A DNA stretch of 64,000 nucleotides from contig MU053810.1 in assembly GCA_013239625.1 (NCBI GenBank), forward strand, positions 2,119,518 through 2,183,517, given 5' to 3'. Below the pieces are notes generated by a model, which made no database searches, had not been told where the DNA came from, and saw only the letters and a program-made list of their open reading frames with translations. Both the position numbers and the translations under genes were made by a program. Within the stretch, counting starts at the first letter, position 1, and every line of letters begins with the position of its first letter. Below are positions 52,702 to 64,000 of the stretch, piece by piece. The stretch is from Lama guanicoe (lineage: Eukaryota).

Positions 52702-54819
52702 CTAAAAGAGAGAACAATTTCTATAAGGAGAAAAACAATCTTAAAGCTCTTTTTTGAACAGAAGAATTAAGCTGAGAAAGTCTGTTTTCTGAAGTAGATA
52801 CTCAAATGTAGAGTGACGCTCAGAACAAGCCAAATCAAACTAACACCCAGCCCAGCGCTGCAAAGGTGACGAGGGACAGCAAGGAAAAGGCTGTTCTTTA
52901 GATAAACGAGGGTCCAGTTATTTCATCAAGGATCATGCGTGTTGGCCCCACATTGACCAAGGGTCCTGTCTGCCCAGCTTGCTCATCGTAATTATTAAAC
53001 ATTCTCCATTTCACGCGTACAATTGTCCTATTTTATTGTTACTTTTAAGCCACATACCTTACCCAACTGCCTATCTCTAGGTTTCAAACAAGGAGTCATC
53101 AGGACAGATGTAACCAAGAAGCAGTAGAAAGTTAACAAACTGAGATTGCCACTAGCATCATTAGCTATACACGCTGGATTAGAGGGAGGGGCTTAAATTG
53201 TGGCCATGATGGGTTTCCTGATACTAATTTATTACGCTCCAATCGAACTTAGACGCAATTTATGAGCCACTCATAGGTCTCCCCACACCTTCTTCCCCTC
53301 CCCCAGAGTAGAACCCGCCAAGAAAGCCGGCAGCCCAGTGGAGACCAATGCAGATCGCCCCCTTGTGGTGGGCAGGCAGCAGAGCAAGACAAAGTCCAAA
53401 GAGGCTTATTAGCCAAGCGGTGCTCCTTTCTTCTCTTGAACGCGCTAGTGGAATGAGTCACTCCTTTTCCATTGGGCAGAGCCCAGAATTACTCTGGGGG
53501 AAGACCCTGCGTGGACATAGGAACCAAAAAGAAGTCGGGAACTATGGAGAAGGACCTAAAATGTTAACCCCACTGTCACACTAACTGCTGCCCAATCTGA
53601 AAACCAGGCAGGCAAAACTTACAACTAGTTGAGAGGATGAAGGTCATTTGCTGGAAGTTCTGCCACCCTGTAATAAAGCCATGTTTATCTACCCAAGACT
53701 GTAAATACTTAGTCTGAAGAAAAGGTCCTAGTTCAGATGATAAATTACATGGTCTCCCTAATTGCAGCCCCAAAGTGAAGTTTAATTGTATACACCACCT
53801 GGTTCTTAAAGGACACAACTCGTATTAATGTCACATTCAACCATGGCATAGAGATTTCACCATATTCAAACCTGATCCGAGGGGCATTATCTGACCTGCG
53901 GTATAACCAGATACAAACACACTAAGGAATGTTATTTTAAAATGCTGCATTTCACGGCTGGGTGACTCTTGAGTATTAGATGCTGACCGTATTAAACATT
54001 TGCTTTATTCGTAAAATCAACATTAGAACATATTTATCTTATCTGAGCACTAAATTGCTTTTTTTTCTTCTCAGAGATTAGCCATAATTTTAGGTCTCTG
54101 CAAATCACCCTCCTCAGTCACTAGTAATTAAACCGTTAATGGCAGTGTGATAAATAGTAGACTATTTTGATCACAAGGAGGGAAAAAAAACCGTATCTCC
54201 GTTATATAATTAAGTGTGAGAGAAAATAACCTATCATTAGGCTTAAGTTTGGCTCATTATTTTTATCTCTTGCCACCATCTCTTCCCTCTCCCATTCGCA
54301 TTCCGCACCGCAGTGGTATGTGCTGGGGCTACTGGCGTCCTGATAAGCTCTGACTCAAACAGGACGTCCAGGACAGGAGCTCTGGATAAGGGTGAAGTGT
54401 TCACTTCCTTTGCTACACAGATGACAGTTCAGTCTTAAGCGAGCCCTCCATTCCTTTCTTTGGTCTTTATTTAAAAGGTACACACACACACACACACGTT
54501 TTATTTGCTTATGGTCACTCACGTTGCATTTCCAAGGAATTTTACAATAGGAGTGACCATAAGCAAATGATCTTAAATTTTTATATACAGAATACAACAC
54601 AGTAGCCTTCCTGTACCCAGAGAACAGGAAAGGGCAGGTGGAAGGGGACTGCCTCAATGGCTGACAGAGAATCGTAGGTAAAAGAAAAATCACTAAGCAG
54701 ACAGTCAATTCCTAACACAGCCACGGCCCCATCTATTAGACAGATTGTCTATCTAACCTCTTTCTTTCCTAATCACAGAACCCAAATGTATTTATGAGAG
54801 GAGCCGCACCCCTACCCAG

Positions 54820-55248
54820 CCCCAGAGGACAAACTGTGCTAAACCAGGCATGGTTTTCTCATTCCTGTGGCCCGTGACTGGCCGGAGAGGCCAGGTGCTG
54901 AGCTCTGGGGATGAGACATTCTTGGAAGGCTTCCCAGTAGTGTTACTGGAGTCCCTGGTGTAAAGGGAGAGACCTGCTGACACAGCCCTTTGACACCCAG
55001 CCCCTCCACCTCTGTCTTCCCCAATCGCAGGGCTGCGCAGCCGTGATGTCATCATAAGACTACGAGCCCCCGTACAGATGATGGCAGAGAAGACACGGAG
55101 CCTGAAAGACGGACAGCACCCACTGCGCCAAGACTGAAACCCCCACCTCCAGGACTCGTATGTGAAGAAAAATAAACACCTGTTTGTCGAGCCTCTGTGC
55201 TAGGATTTTTCCGTTACGAGCAGCCGTCTGCACTCATAACCAACACAC
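54820..55248 (+). mobile_element. MLT1 (J-like) LTR
   Basis: GATGGCAGAGAAG...CACCTCCAGGACT..TATGTGAAGAAAAATAAAC...GTTACGAGCAGCC...AACCAACACA. Confidence 0.6.
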
Positions 55249-56159
55249 AATCCAAATTCGATGACTTAATGAATCAGTAAGATGCCCTGAATATTCACTT
55301 CCTGCTTTGACCTCACCCATTCATCCCACCACATCTCGACTACAGTTGGAGTTAAGTCAGTTGAGGGGTGCTTCCTCCTCCTCGTCCAGGTCCTTTCACT
55401 CGGTATGAGATCAGCTAATGGCTGAACGTGGCTGACAGGTGGAGAAATGTTAGAGGGTCCTTCCTTTTGCAACCATTCTTAACTAAACGGACCCAGAAAG
55501 TCTTCTCATAAATGGAGCCATGCTGCCCAAACGCAGCAAACCCTGGAGACAGAACTGTGGCTCCAGCCACTATGTTAACTGGGGCGCTCAGAACCAAGGC
55601 TGCCGTCCCTGGTTTCCTAACCCCACCAGAGCTTCCTCTGCACGGGTAACCATGGAATCCTGTGCTTTCAGCACTGGAAGTGTTTACCCACAACAAACAA
55701 CATTCACATGCCTGGAAAACGTTCCTTCTGCTGCCACGCAAATGAACACCCTAAAAAGATTTGAATCAAAACACTGAGTCAGAGGCTTCATGCAGGTGTG
55801 GACTCACTTGCTCCACAGAGACTCTTTATCTTAATTTACAAGAAACATACAAAGGGTCCCTTTTAACCTAATTTTTTTTTTATGACTGCTCAACAAAAGG
55901 CTTCCAGATCCATAATTCTGATGGCTCAATACAGTCAGTAGGTTTGATTTATTCAAGGAATTGATCAGATAGCTGACTAACAGGACAAAATAACAGAGGG
56001 GGGGATATCTGGGGAAATAAAAAGCATTACATGGTTTACAGAAAAATAAAAAAGGCTGCCTCAGAGGACCAGGTGTCTTTCAAGATTGGGAAGTGAGTTA
56101 TGCAGAGGGAAACCCCACAATATGGGCACAGCAAGTGCAGAGAAGAAACGAGATGAGGC

Positions 56160-56200
56160 AAAAAAAAAAAAAAAGAAGAAGAAGAAGAAGAAGAAGAAAA
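56160..56200 (+). repeat. A-run followed by (GAA)n microsatellite
   Basis: AAAAAAAAAAAAAAA GAAGAAGAAGAAGAAGAAGAAGAAAA. Confidence 0.9.
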
Positions 56201-56679
56201 ATGCCTCATACTGATCCCAAAGGTGAAGCCACCTGATCTGAAAAACAGCCATTTCTTTCTACGGAGAATTCTGAACAGTGCAGGTCTCCCAGGACTTACC
56301 TCCAGGCCATTCTTATTTAACATTTTAATAAATTATCTGGCAAGGGCATGATACGGCGAAGCCTGCAGGTCTGCCGATGACCCCACGCTCTCACGGAGAG
56401 CCGACCGGGAAACTCACAGAGACGGCCTGTGGCCGCTCTCAGAGGGCCGCGGTGGAGGGCAGAAACCACAGCTGAGAGTCTTCACTAGCAAAAGAAAATC
56501 ATTCGAACTGTTAAAGGGAGATGGGCCCTACGCGATTAGCTACAAATGAGAATTTAGGCCTGAAAATGGCTGAGGGTGATGTCCTTACAGACACTGATCT
56601 AACAGCTTTCTGCAGCCCCCAAGCCCAAGAAACTCGATCATCACAACGGGGGCAGGAAACATCCTCGGGCCCTACTCAG

Positions 56680-56810
56680 AACCACAGCCATCCACATCTG
56701 GACTGCTGTGCACAGTTCTGGTTATTGCAGCCCGAGAAAGACACAGGAAAGTTAGAAGAGGTCCAAGAAAAGATGATTAGAAGGATAGTGAAGGGGATGT
56801 AGAAAGACTG
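56680..56810 (+). mobile_element. L3/CR1 RT C-terminal fragment
   Basis: Translates PHLDCCAQFW...KDTGKLEEVQEKMIRRIVKGM, matching the CR1 motif PHLEYCVQFW...KDIxKLExVQRRATRMIxGL. Confidence 0.8.
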
Positions 56811-56859
56811 CTCTGGGAAGGGAAACCCACAAAGACACCCTTCTCAGCTCAAAAATGGA

Positions 56860-57065
56860 GCAGAGTGGCGAGTGGCTACCGGCCAGGCTCTGGACTCGGC
56901 CGGAACTAAACCCGAACCTCGTCCCCACTGCTGTCTAGACAGGTGGCCGTGGACAAGCTACTCAAGGCTGGGTTCCACCACCTCTGCACTGAGGCTCACA
57001 GAAGCTACGGCACTGGCTCGCGGCGGCTGGGAACACGTGGCATGCCTGGCACACGTACAGCAGAC
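56860..57065 (+). mobile_element. MIR SINE, strongly GC-shifted
   Basis: GGCTCTGGA...GTGGCCGTGGACAAGCTACTCAA...TGCCTGGCACACGTA. Confidence 0.6.
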
Positions 57066-58389
57066 AGGACAGCGTGGTGGCCAAGGCCCGGGAGTCGGAC
57101 AGACCTTGTTCCAAATCCCAGGTCACACTAGTTGTATGATTTGATCAAGAAAATGTGAGGCTGCTTCTTAAAGCCTCAAGATATAGAATTCCACAAAGCA
57201 GGCGCACCAAACACCAGATTCACACATGGTGACAGAGGCTTCGAACAGACTGCCTTCAAACAGACAAAAAGGCTCAGGTAAACACATGGATTCCCTGTTG
57301 GGATATAAAGGATTACAAGACAAAACTGAAGTCCTTGAAGGTTTGTCTTTAAATTTAAGTTTGAGACCAGGGAGAGGACTGGGGCACTAAATTAAATGTG
57401 GGGCACGAACAGAGACATTACAGAGACGTTGACTAGAACCCTAAGCCAACTCAATTTTGTCCTTTTTTTTATATTTGTTTTTAGCTCCGTATTGATGCAA
57501 TTTCGAATACACATTTTAGACAACCAACCAGTCATGCAGACAACAGAACAGAGAAAAGAACTTCAAGTTCATCTGCTCCATATAAAAAAGCTGACGACAC
57601 CGAGAGTGAATGAGCGAGTTACTAGTTAATAATACTATTTAACCACACTTCCAAAAATCTATTGGAAGTTGATTTAGTCCAATAAATGAAGCCCTTCCAG
57701 GAAGGATAAATTAAAATTATTTTTAAAATGACTGCACAAACTCCTCTTCTCACACTTTTTTCAGAAACAAAAAGAGTAACTGTTCAAGATTGTTCATTAG
57801 TAAATACAGAAATTCTAAAACTTAAACCAGCATCTTAATAAGGATGGAATTCTCTCTGGAAACAAAATATAAACAGGTACATAGATATAAACTCAGCCCC
57901 AGTAACATGATCTAAATGTTTAAGTAGGACATGCATTCTGCCGTGCAACATAGATGATGTTGCCGTGCAACACAGATGCAACTATAATGAACAGGAGTGA
58001 CTCCTGCCGATTTGATTTCACCGACGTGAGCGTGGAGTAACATGGCTTTGGCTTTTGCAAACCGGTAAAGGCCATCACCCCTCGTGACACGGTTGGTTTG
58101 AAGTCACTGAGAAACGCTCTTATCCAAAACAACGCCAACAAAATCACCTACTAACTAAAGTTGCCACTTTAGTTGAATGGCTTATATAATATAATTCATT
58201 TTAGTTCAGCCACAAACACACTTTGAACAAAACGTAACAACACTGGCAGAGGTTCTGTCGCCAGAGTTATGGAAACTAAGATTTTAAATGGTCGCATGAC
58301 TATTACCAATATTTGTGTAACACATGATGATACAACTAAGATAAACTGTGCATGCAGGCTACACGGAGAGCTAACACGGCAGACTGGTT

Positions 58390-58570
58390 ATGAGAGAGGG
58401 CTGGGTGTTCAAGTCCTGCTCCGTACCTTAACTGTGTGCCCCAGGCAAGTTACTCAACCTCTCTAAGCCTTCTCCTCTTCACCTCTAAAATGGGAAGACA
58501 ATAATAACCCACCTCACAAGCTGCAATGCGTGGCACATGGCACTCAATAGATCTTAACTGTTGCTGATAA
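58390..58570 (+). mobile_element. MIR SINE
   Basis: GTTCAAGTCC...GGCAAGTTACTCAACCTCTCTAAGCCT...CTCTAAAATGGG. Confidence 0.75.
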
Positions 58571-59905
58571 TATCACTGTTGCCACTATCATATCCTTATT
58601 ATTACAGTTTATAAAGAACTTTTATATCCAGTAGCTTGTGACTATTACTAAATAATGACACAAAGAAATACTCAATTTAAAATGTAATTACACCACATGC
58701 CAAGTATCTGCGAAAGAGTCTGATTCCCACCATCTTTGGCTTTTTCTGACAAACCAGAAGGCAATACAGAATCCTATATAAAGTGTGATTGGATGGATAC
58801 AAAATGAGTTTACAGAGGCAACAGTTAATAACAGCTAGCATCTCCTGAGTACTCACAGCGTTCCAGACAATTTACCAAACACTTCCGATGTGTTACCATT
58901 TCTTAATCTGACTATGATAAACGCTGCCCTTGAGGGGCTGAGCCCAGCCAGCCTGCCCAAGGTTACTGATAAACTGACTTCAGAGAACAGGTCAGCACAT
59001 TACCGCATGCCCCAGGGTTGACTTCCTTTGCCAACAAACATTTGTAAAATATTCTGATCACTTTGTTCCTTAACGACAACAGAACGACCAGCACTCTGCT
59101 CTCCTCTCTTAAATGTAGACAGGCACCTGCTCACGCCTTGTAAGCCACTCTCCTCTGTACCTATGACTCTCTTACCGTGTTCTAATGAGGGTCGTCTAGA
59201 TCTCATCTCCAGTGAAAAATACATTTCCTTGGGCTTTCAGAACTCTAGTTTACATATTTACTCTAGATAGATAGGTAGATAAACATATATATATGAGTCT
59301 ATTCCATACTTCCAGGATTCCCTTGGAATAGAACATAAACTGATTCCAGTTAATGAAAAAAGTCACAACAGAAATGCTCCTTCCACTAATATCATCACCA
59401 CCTAGTCCAGAGTCCTCAGCATACAGTTCAGTAATCTGTGAATCCTAAATTATAAGTGCATGTGCATGTAGGTGTGCTCATTTTTCCACTTTGGAAAAAA
59501 ACTATTGCATTCACCAGATTTGGCAAAAGTCCCTGAACTGCTAAAAATCATTCATTTAGATAGAGATCGTCTCAAAACAAATCACATCATTATGCAAATT
59601 GTAAAAGGCTTTGGGTTCTCAGTGGAATACACTCTGAAATTCGATGCTTTATGATTTCATGCCAGAGTGACAGCGAAATTCAGAAGGGACAGGATTCTGG
59701 CTGAAGAACATGGAGACCTGCCCCCACAGAAATTCCCTGTCTGAGTGACCTTGGGAGAATCACCTAAAATTTCTAAACTTAGTTCCACGATCTGCTGTGT
59801 TTTATTGGATGACTTCAGGGTTTCCTCCTCAGCCCTCTGGTTCTGTGACCTAACAGTGCCACACGTGCAACGCAAAATCAGACAAAAGTCACTTAAGCCA
59901 CTTAC

Positions 59906-59977
59906 GTCACTAATGAGTTTGGTGCATCTTCTGGCCAATTCCATGCTCATGTCTTCAATAACGGGCTTAAAGAACAC
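59906..59977 (-). CDS. NEBL: NEBL exon 2 (72 nt): VFFKPVIEDMSMELARRCTKLISD
   Basis: Pyrimidine tract with CAG acceptor; GTAAGT donor; in frame with exons 1 and 3. Confidence 0.95.
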
Positions 59978-60061
59978 CTGTCCAGAAAAGAAGGAAACGT
60001 TTTTCTAACCGTCCACCTTGAGGAACAAACACCGTTCTTCCGCAGGTGCTTTCTCACTCAC

Positions 60062-60142
60062 CCTGTCGTCTTCATCTTCTTCTTCCCCTGCTTTTTCTTC
60101 CTCAATTTCATCTTTTACATCATCCAATACAGGGACCTTCAT
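60062..60142 (-). CDS. NEBL: NEBL exon 1 coding part (81 nt): MKVPVLDDVKDEIEEEKAGEEEDEDDR
   Basis: ATG at 60142-60140 with A at -3; acidic N-terminus; donor AGG|GTGAGT; 84-nt intron 1. Confidence 0.93.
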
Positions 60143-60244
60143 GTTTACTCTTTCTATATATTTTTTTCCTTTGTTAATTCACTGGTGGAGCACCCCTTTA
60201 TGTGCTACAGCACCCCTGAGATCTGGGAGTCAGTACTCTGACAG

Positions 60245-60310
60245 AAATGACCTTGCCCAGCCCTCCTCCCTATTTAGCTCACACTTCACCCTCCTTATCA
60301 CAGCCGCGTG
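60245..60310 (-). promoter_or_regulatory. Putative cardiac proximal promoter of nebulette
   Basis: About 100-160 nt upstream of the ATG: GATA (TGATAA 60295-60300), NKX2-5 (TGAAGTG 60282-60288), TATA-like TAAATA inside CArG-like CCTATTTAGC (60269-60278), nuclear-receptor site TGACCTTG (60248-60255). Confidence 0.6.
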
Positions 60311-61279
60311 TGAGTGGATGGAACAGGAGCCCTCAGGTCGGCCAGGGCTAGCCTCACAAGCGGAAATAACATTTTTAACAGGCAAAATTCAATTTTACGA
60401 ATTTTAAAAGTCAACATTCTTTAAACTAGTTGAGAAATCCAAAAGAGACAATTTATCCATATTTTGTTAATTCAACTCATTCATAAAATAGTTTGAAAGA
60501 AACTTACAGATGCTGGAAAAACCACTCAGCTTTAACACTCAAGATAGCACAGTGCAAAGCCTGTTATCTTAAAGATTCCTCAACTCCATCTAAATAAAGC
60601 TCACCCTGGAAAGTCAGACCTCTCCCGGATTTGAATTTGGACCATTCAAATTCAATTCACCAACCTACATTAAATTTTTTATGAGACATGTATGTACTTC
60701 TCTATTCTAAAAAAAATACTGCGTATTAGCCGATTAAAGGCTAGTAATTTATTATGAAAAGCCCTTTAAACAACTTCAAAGAATCCATTCTGAGTTAATT
60801 ACAACTGTTAATCTTATATGGCTATTGTATTATTTTAATTGTAAACATCATTAACCATGAGAAGCTGTAGTTAACACAGACCGATATATCATGGAAGAAT
60901 TCTAGAAATGTTACTGTTTCAGAAAATACTAATTACCTTCTTTCAACTTTCCCCATTGTGTCAATTTTTACAAAATTCACAAGTTATTTGTATAGTTCTC
61001 AATGTGTAATGTACCCTTGGAAGAGTTTGGAAAAATAAACTATAACAATATTTATAACGTGGTATGTGTCATCGGTTATATAATTTAAAACATATTTCTC
61101 AAAACAAATCCTTTAATTCCAGTTGAGGTAAGTCTAAGACTACACAATCTATAACTTACTGATTTGGTTATTTAAATCCTAGGATAAATTAATATTTATA
61201 AAGCCACAGCATATCAATGTAGGATATAAAAAATATACCCTACGGTGAATAATGAAACTAATGATATAAAATATAACTT

Positions 61280-61340
61280 CAGTTCACCAGAAATTAACAC
61301 AACATTGTAAATCAACTATACTTCAATTAAAAAAATAAAA
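61280..61340 (+). mobile_element. Ultra-short L1 tail with 14-bp TSD
   Basis: CACCAGAAATTAACACAACATTGTAAATCAACTATACTTCAATTAAAAAA; ATAAAATATAACTT at 61266-61279 and 61341-61354. Confidence 0.85.
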
Positions 61341-62509
61341 ATAAAATATAACTTTAATAAAAAATACATACATCATTCCAGGTAGACAAGCATAATACTG
61401 TTTTCTCTTGATATCATATCTAGTTTAAAAAAATGTTTTAATGTCTTGGCCTTGCCTAAAAATTCTGAAGAGAAAAAAATTCCACCCAGTCGTCGTGTGT
61501 AGATTATTTCTTAAATTGTGTTCCGTGAGGCCAAAGTTCCACAGAATACTCTGGAGGGGAAAAGGGGGGATTTCTTAAACAAACATGTTTGAAGAAACCC
61601 GTACACTAATCTCTGTTCCTGCCACTTAGAAATCCACATAATGGCACAATGGCATAATGACACATTAAAAGCACAACCAAGAAAACTATTTAAAGTTTGC
61701 TTAACCCAGCATTTCCAGAACACAAATTCCTATTCATCTAATCTAATCTATCTACCTACTTACCTACCTGTTTTTTTTTTATTGACATCCAATACTCCAG
61801 AAAACTAATATTATTCTGTGAACTATTACTTAAGGAAACATTCTGGAAAATGCTGCATTCCATAAGAGTGGTCGATCTTTTCATGAAACGACTTTTAATA
61901 CAGGCTAACTTAACAGCATCACATACCCTGCTTACCAGCAAAATGCCAAGAAGAAACGGCCCACGGATGCTGAAATTGGAGGTTTTAACTTTAAAATAAA
62001 ACAGTCACGCCATGCCAGAGTAGAGAATTCAACAAAGAAATTCTCTGGACATTATATTTTGTTCCATAAAGGAGCAGAATGTGTAGACTCTGCTTACATC
62101 CCTCAAGTCCTCTGCCAAAAGACTATTCTAATGTTCTGCAGAAGATCTGTTACATTATTTGGAAATAGGGAAGAGCATTTTCCATAAGCTTTTCTTGCAA
62201 ACTTCTAGAAGCATAGGGAGAAAATCTTGCCAAAACTGCCTAAGATGCACCACTTGGTTAGTGTTTGAGGTGCCAATATTGGCGATCCCAATATTTGCGA
62301 TGCCTGTGGTGACATCTCTTCCCCATGATGATTTACCTTTGTCAGTCTTCGGTGGCCACTACTTTCTCGTTTCCCATCATATAACAAGTTCTTATCGTCT
62401 CTCCACTGTGCTGGAAGAAAATAATCTGTTGAGAATATGCACAAAAGTTTGGAAAGCAAAAACAAACACCATATACAACGTGAACACAAATGTTTCCACT
62501 TGAGATTTT

Positions 62510-62650
62510 AGAATCAGAATTTTAAACTACAGAGGTCCTTAAGGAATAAATCCGACTGAAGCCCTCTCTTTGACAGAGGACAAAACTGAAGTCCAGAGAA
62601 ATTAACTGTCTTATTCACAAAGTTACTCAATAGAGCACTAGGACCAGAAT
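62510..62650 (-). mobile_element. MIR fragment
   Basis: TTTGACAGAGGACAAAACTGAAGTCCAGAGAAATTAACTG...CAAAGTTAC. Confidence 0.6.
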
Positions 62651-64000
62651 TATCTAGAGTTCTACCTTCATTCATTCAAAGAAATGTGGTTATGCCAGGC
62701 GCTGTGCTTGGTGTTCGAGACGCAATGGTGAGTAAAACATATTCTGTGCTAAAATGAGGTAGGAGATTTAAAAAAAAAACCAAAACATCATTCTAGACTT
62801 GCTGGAGGAACTCTTTGATGAATTGTTTGGAAAGCTAGGCACATTATTACTTTTGATTGGATGAATCTTTTTTCTTCTCACCTCTGGTATAATATAAAAT
62901 TCATGTAAAGTTTTCTCTAAAAGAGTTTAAATCCTGCACTTTATCACAGAAAATTTCTCTTGTCAATAGCTCCAAGATCTGACTTGGGGAATACGAAGAA
63001 AGTGTTCTTCATGGATAGCTTTCATGTTCCAAAATTCCCCATTATCTTATTTTTTTAAACCATGTTAAATGCTGTATTTTAATAGATATTTTCACCTTGG
63101 GGTGCCCCAAAAGGAATTATCTGTACAGTTGCTAACCCCTTTTACTTATCAAGCACTTCATTTACAGTGTCCACTCTTTACGTTAGTACTCATCCATGCC
63201 CTGACTGAGAATCAGACAAAGATGGAGATCATGTTCCTTTACAGCTAGACCCCCCTCCCTCCTACCTCCAGGCTCTGGCTCTCCCACATCCTCTAGGGCG
63301 AATCACTGAATCCCTCTCTGCCTCTTACTCTCCGTAGCTCAACAGAAAAACTGAATTTGCTAGACATTAATAAAAGGAAAGTACCTAAACAGGAAAGCCC
63401 CTTACAAACACGAGAGTTTTCAACTCTCCGAGAAAGGTACACAGTTCCAGGGAAATGACCTGATGTGAAAGAGTTCTCATTCAAAAGGGTAAATTCTACA
63501 CCCTCAGTATGTTCTTAAAGGCCAGGGGGGCCTCAGTCCGCATGACAGCCCAAAGATAAGAGCTGACTTGTATATTTGTAGTGCAGAAGTCTTCCATCTT
63601 CTAATAGTTTGATGTTTATGTGGAAGCAAATATATTTCTGTAACAACTGCCGAGTCCTGTGGGTAATTCACGTCTCTGGGGACACAGCCCTTGGCCAAGC
63701 ACACAAGTCAGTACCACCATCACGCGTCATGCAGGGCCAGGCTGTCTTCATGTTCTTAAGGTCACAGACAACAAGAATCTCTTGGATTTTGATAAACGTT
63801 TCATACTTATTTCACTTTTTTCTCTTTTCTTTTCTCTGCAGTGATAGAACATGTGTTTTTCCCCAACATGGTGATGAGGAACTTGCAAATGAAAATCCAC
63901 CCTAAATGAACGAAACCGATTTGAGGTGTAGCTCCGTGTTGAGGCAAATTCAGAGATTAACTGAATTTTTCCACTTAAAAAAAAATTAATTTAACATATC

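Larger units (their letters stand above)
612..60142 (-). other. NEBL: Nebulette gene, coding exons 1-19 span (3' end lies outside the window)
   Basis: 18 spliced exons translate to an acidic N-terminus (MKVPVLDDVKDEIEEEK...) followed by consecutive ~31-38 aa nebulin modules with SxxxYK-type motifs formed across junctions; matches my recollection of mammalian nebulette. Confidence 0.97.

Noticed and set aside
56290..56345. Perfect minus-strand donor GAG|GTAAGT in intron 2
   Set aside because: No convincing acceptor or coding frame upstream
56521..56802. 93-aa ORF as a host gene
   Set aside because: Its C-terminal part is a decayed CR1/L3 reverse-transcriptase remnant
60018..60407. 129-aa Ser-rich plus-strand ORF
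   Set aside because: Antisense shadow of the Glu/Asp-rich NEBL exon 1
61755..61785. Tandem donor-like CAG|GTAG|GTAAGT upstream of the promoter
   Set aside because: Lies within CTAAT/CTAC simple-repeat sequence; no exon can be defined

Overview
Mammalian genomic DNA, most likely camelid given two Vic-1-type tRNA-derived SINEs. It carries the 5' part of the cardiac nebulette gene NEBL on the minus strand. I traced a candidate proximal promoter (~60245-60310), the ATG at 60142, and 18 of the first 19 coding exons with GT-AG boundaries, all phase 0, down to exon 19 at 612-704; the gene continues past the left edge. Exon 9 is not visible and most probably lies in the 964-nt N gap (27088-28051). 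Introns contain 5'-truncated L1 tails with target-site duplications (TSDs), older L1/L2/CR1/MIR, MLT1 LTRs and Tigger/MER DNA transposons. I found no evidence of a new multi-gene system. The most notable features are: a twin-primed L1 with a perfect 35-bp inverted duplication; a TSD-flanked insertion without a poly(A) tail; CpG/GC-rich patches overlying exons and old MIRs (possible GC-biased gene conversion); an S->R change in one SxxxY motif; and a strong competing stop-introducing donor after exon 18. Exon numbering and human comparisons are from memory of human NEBL, and repeat subfamilies were assigned by eye, not by a search.
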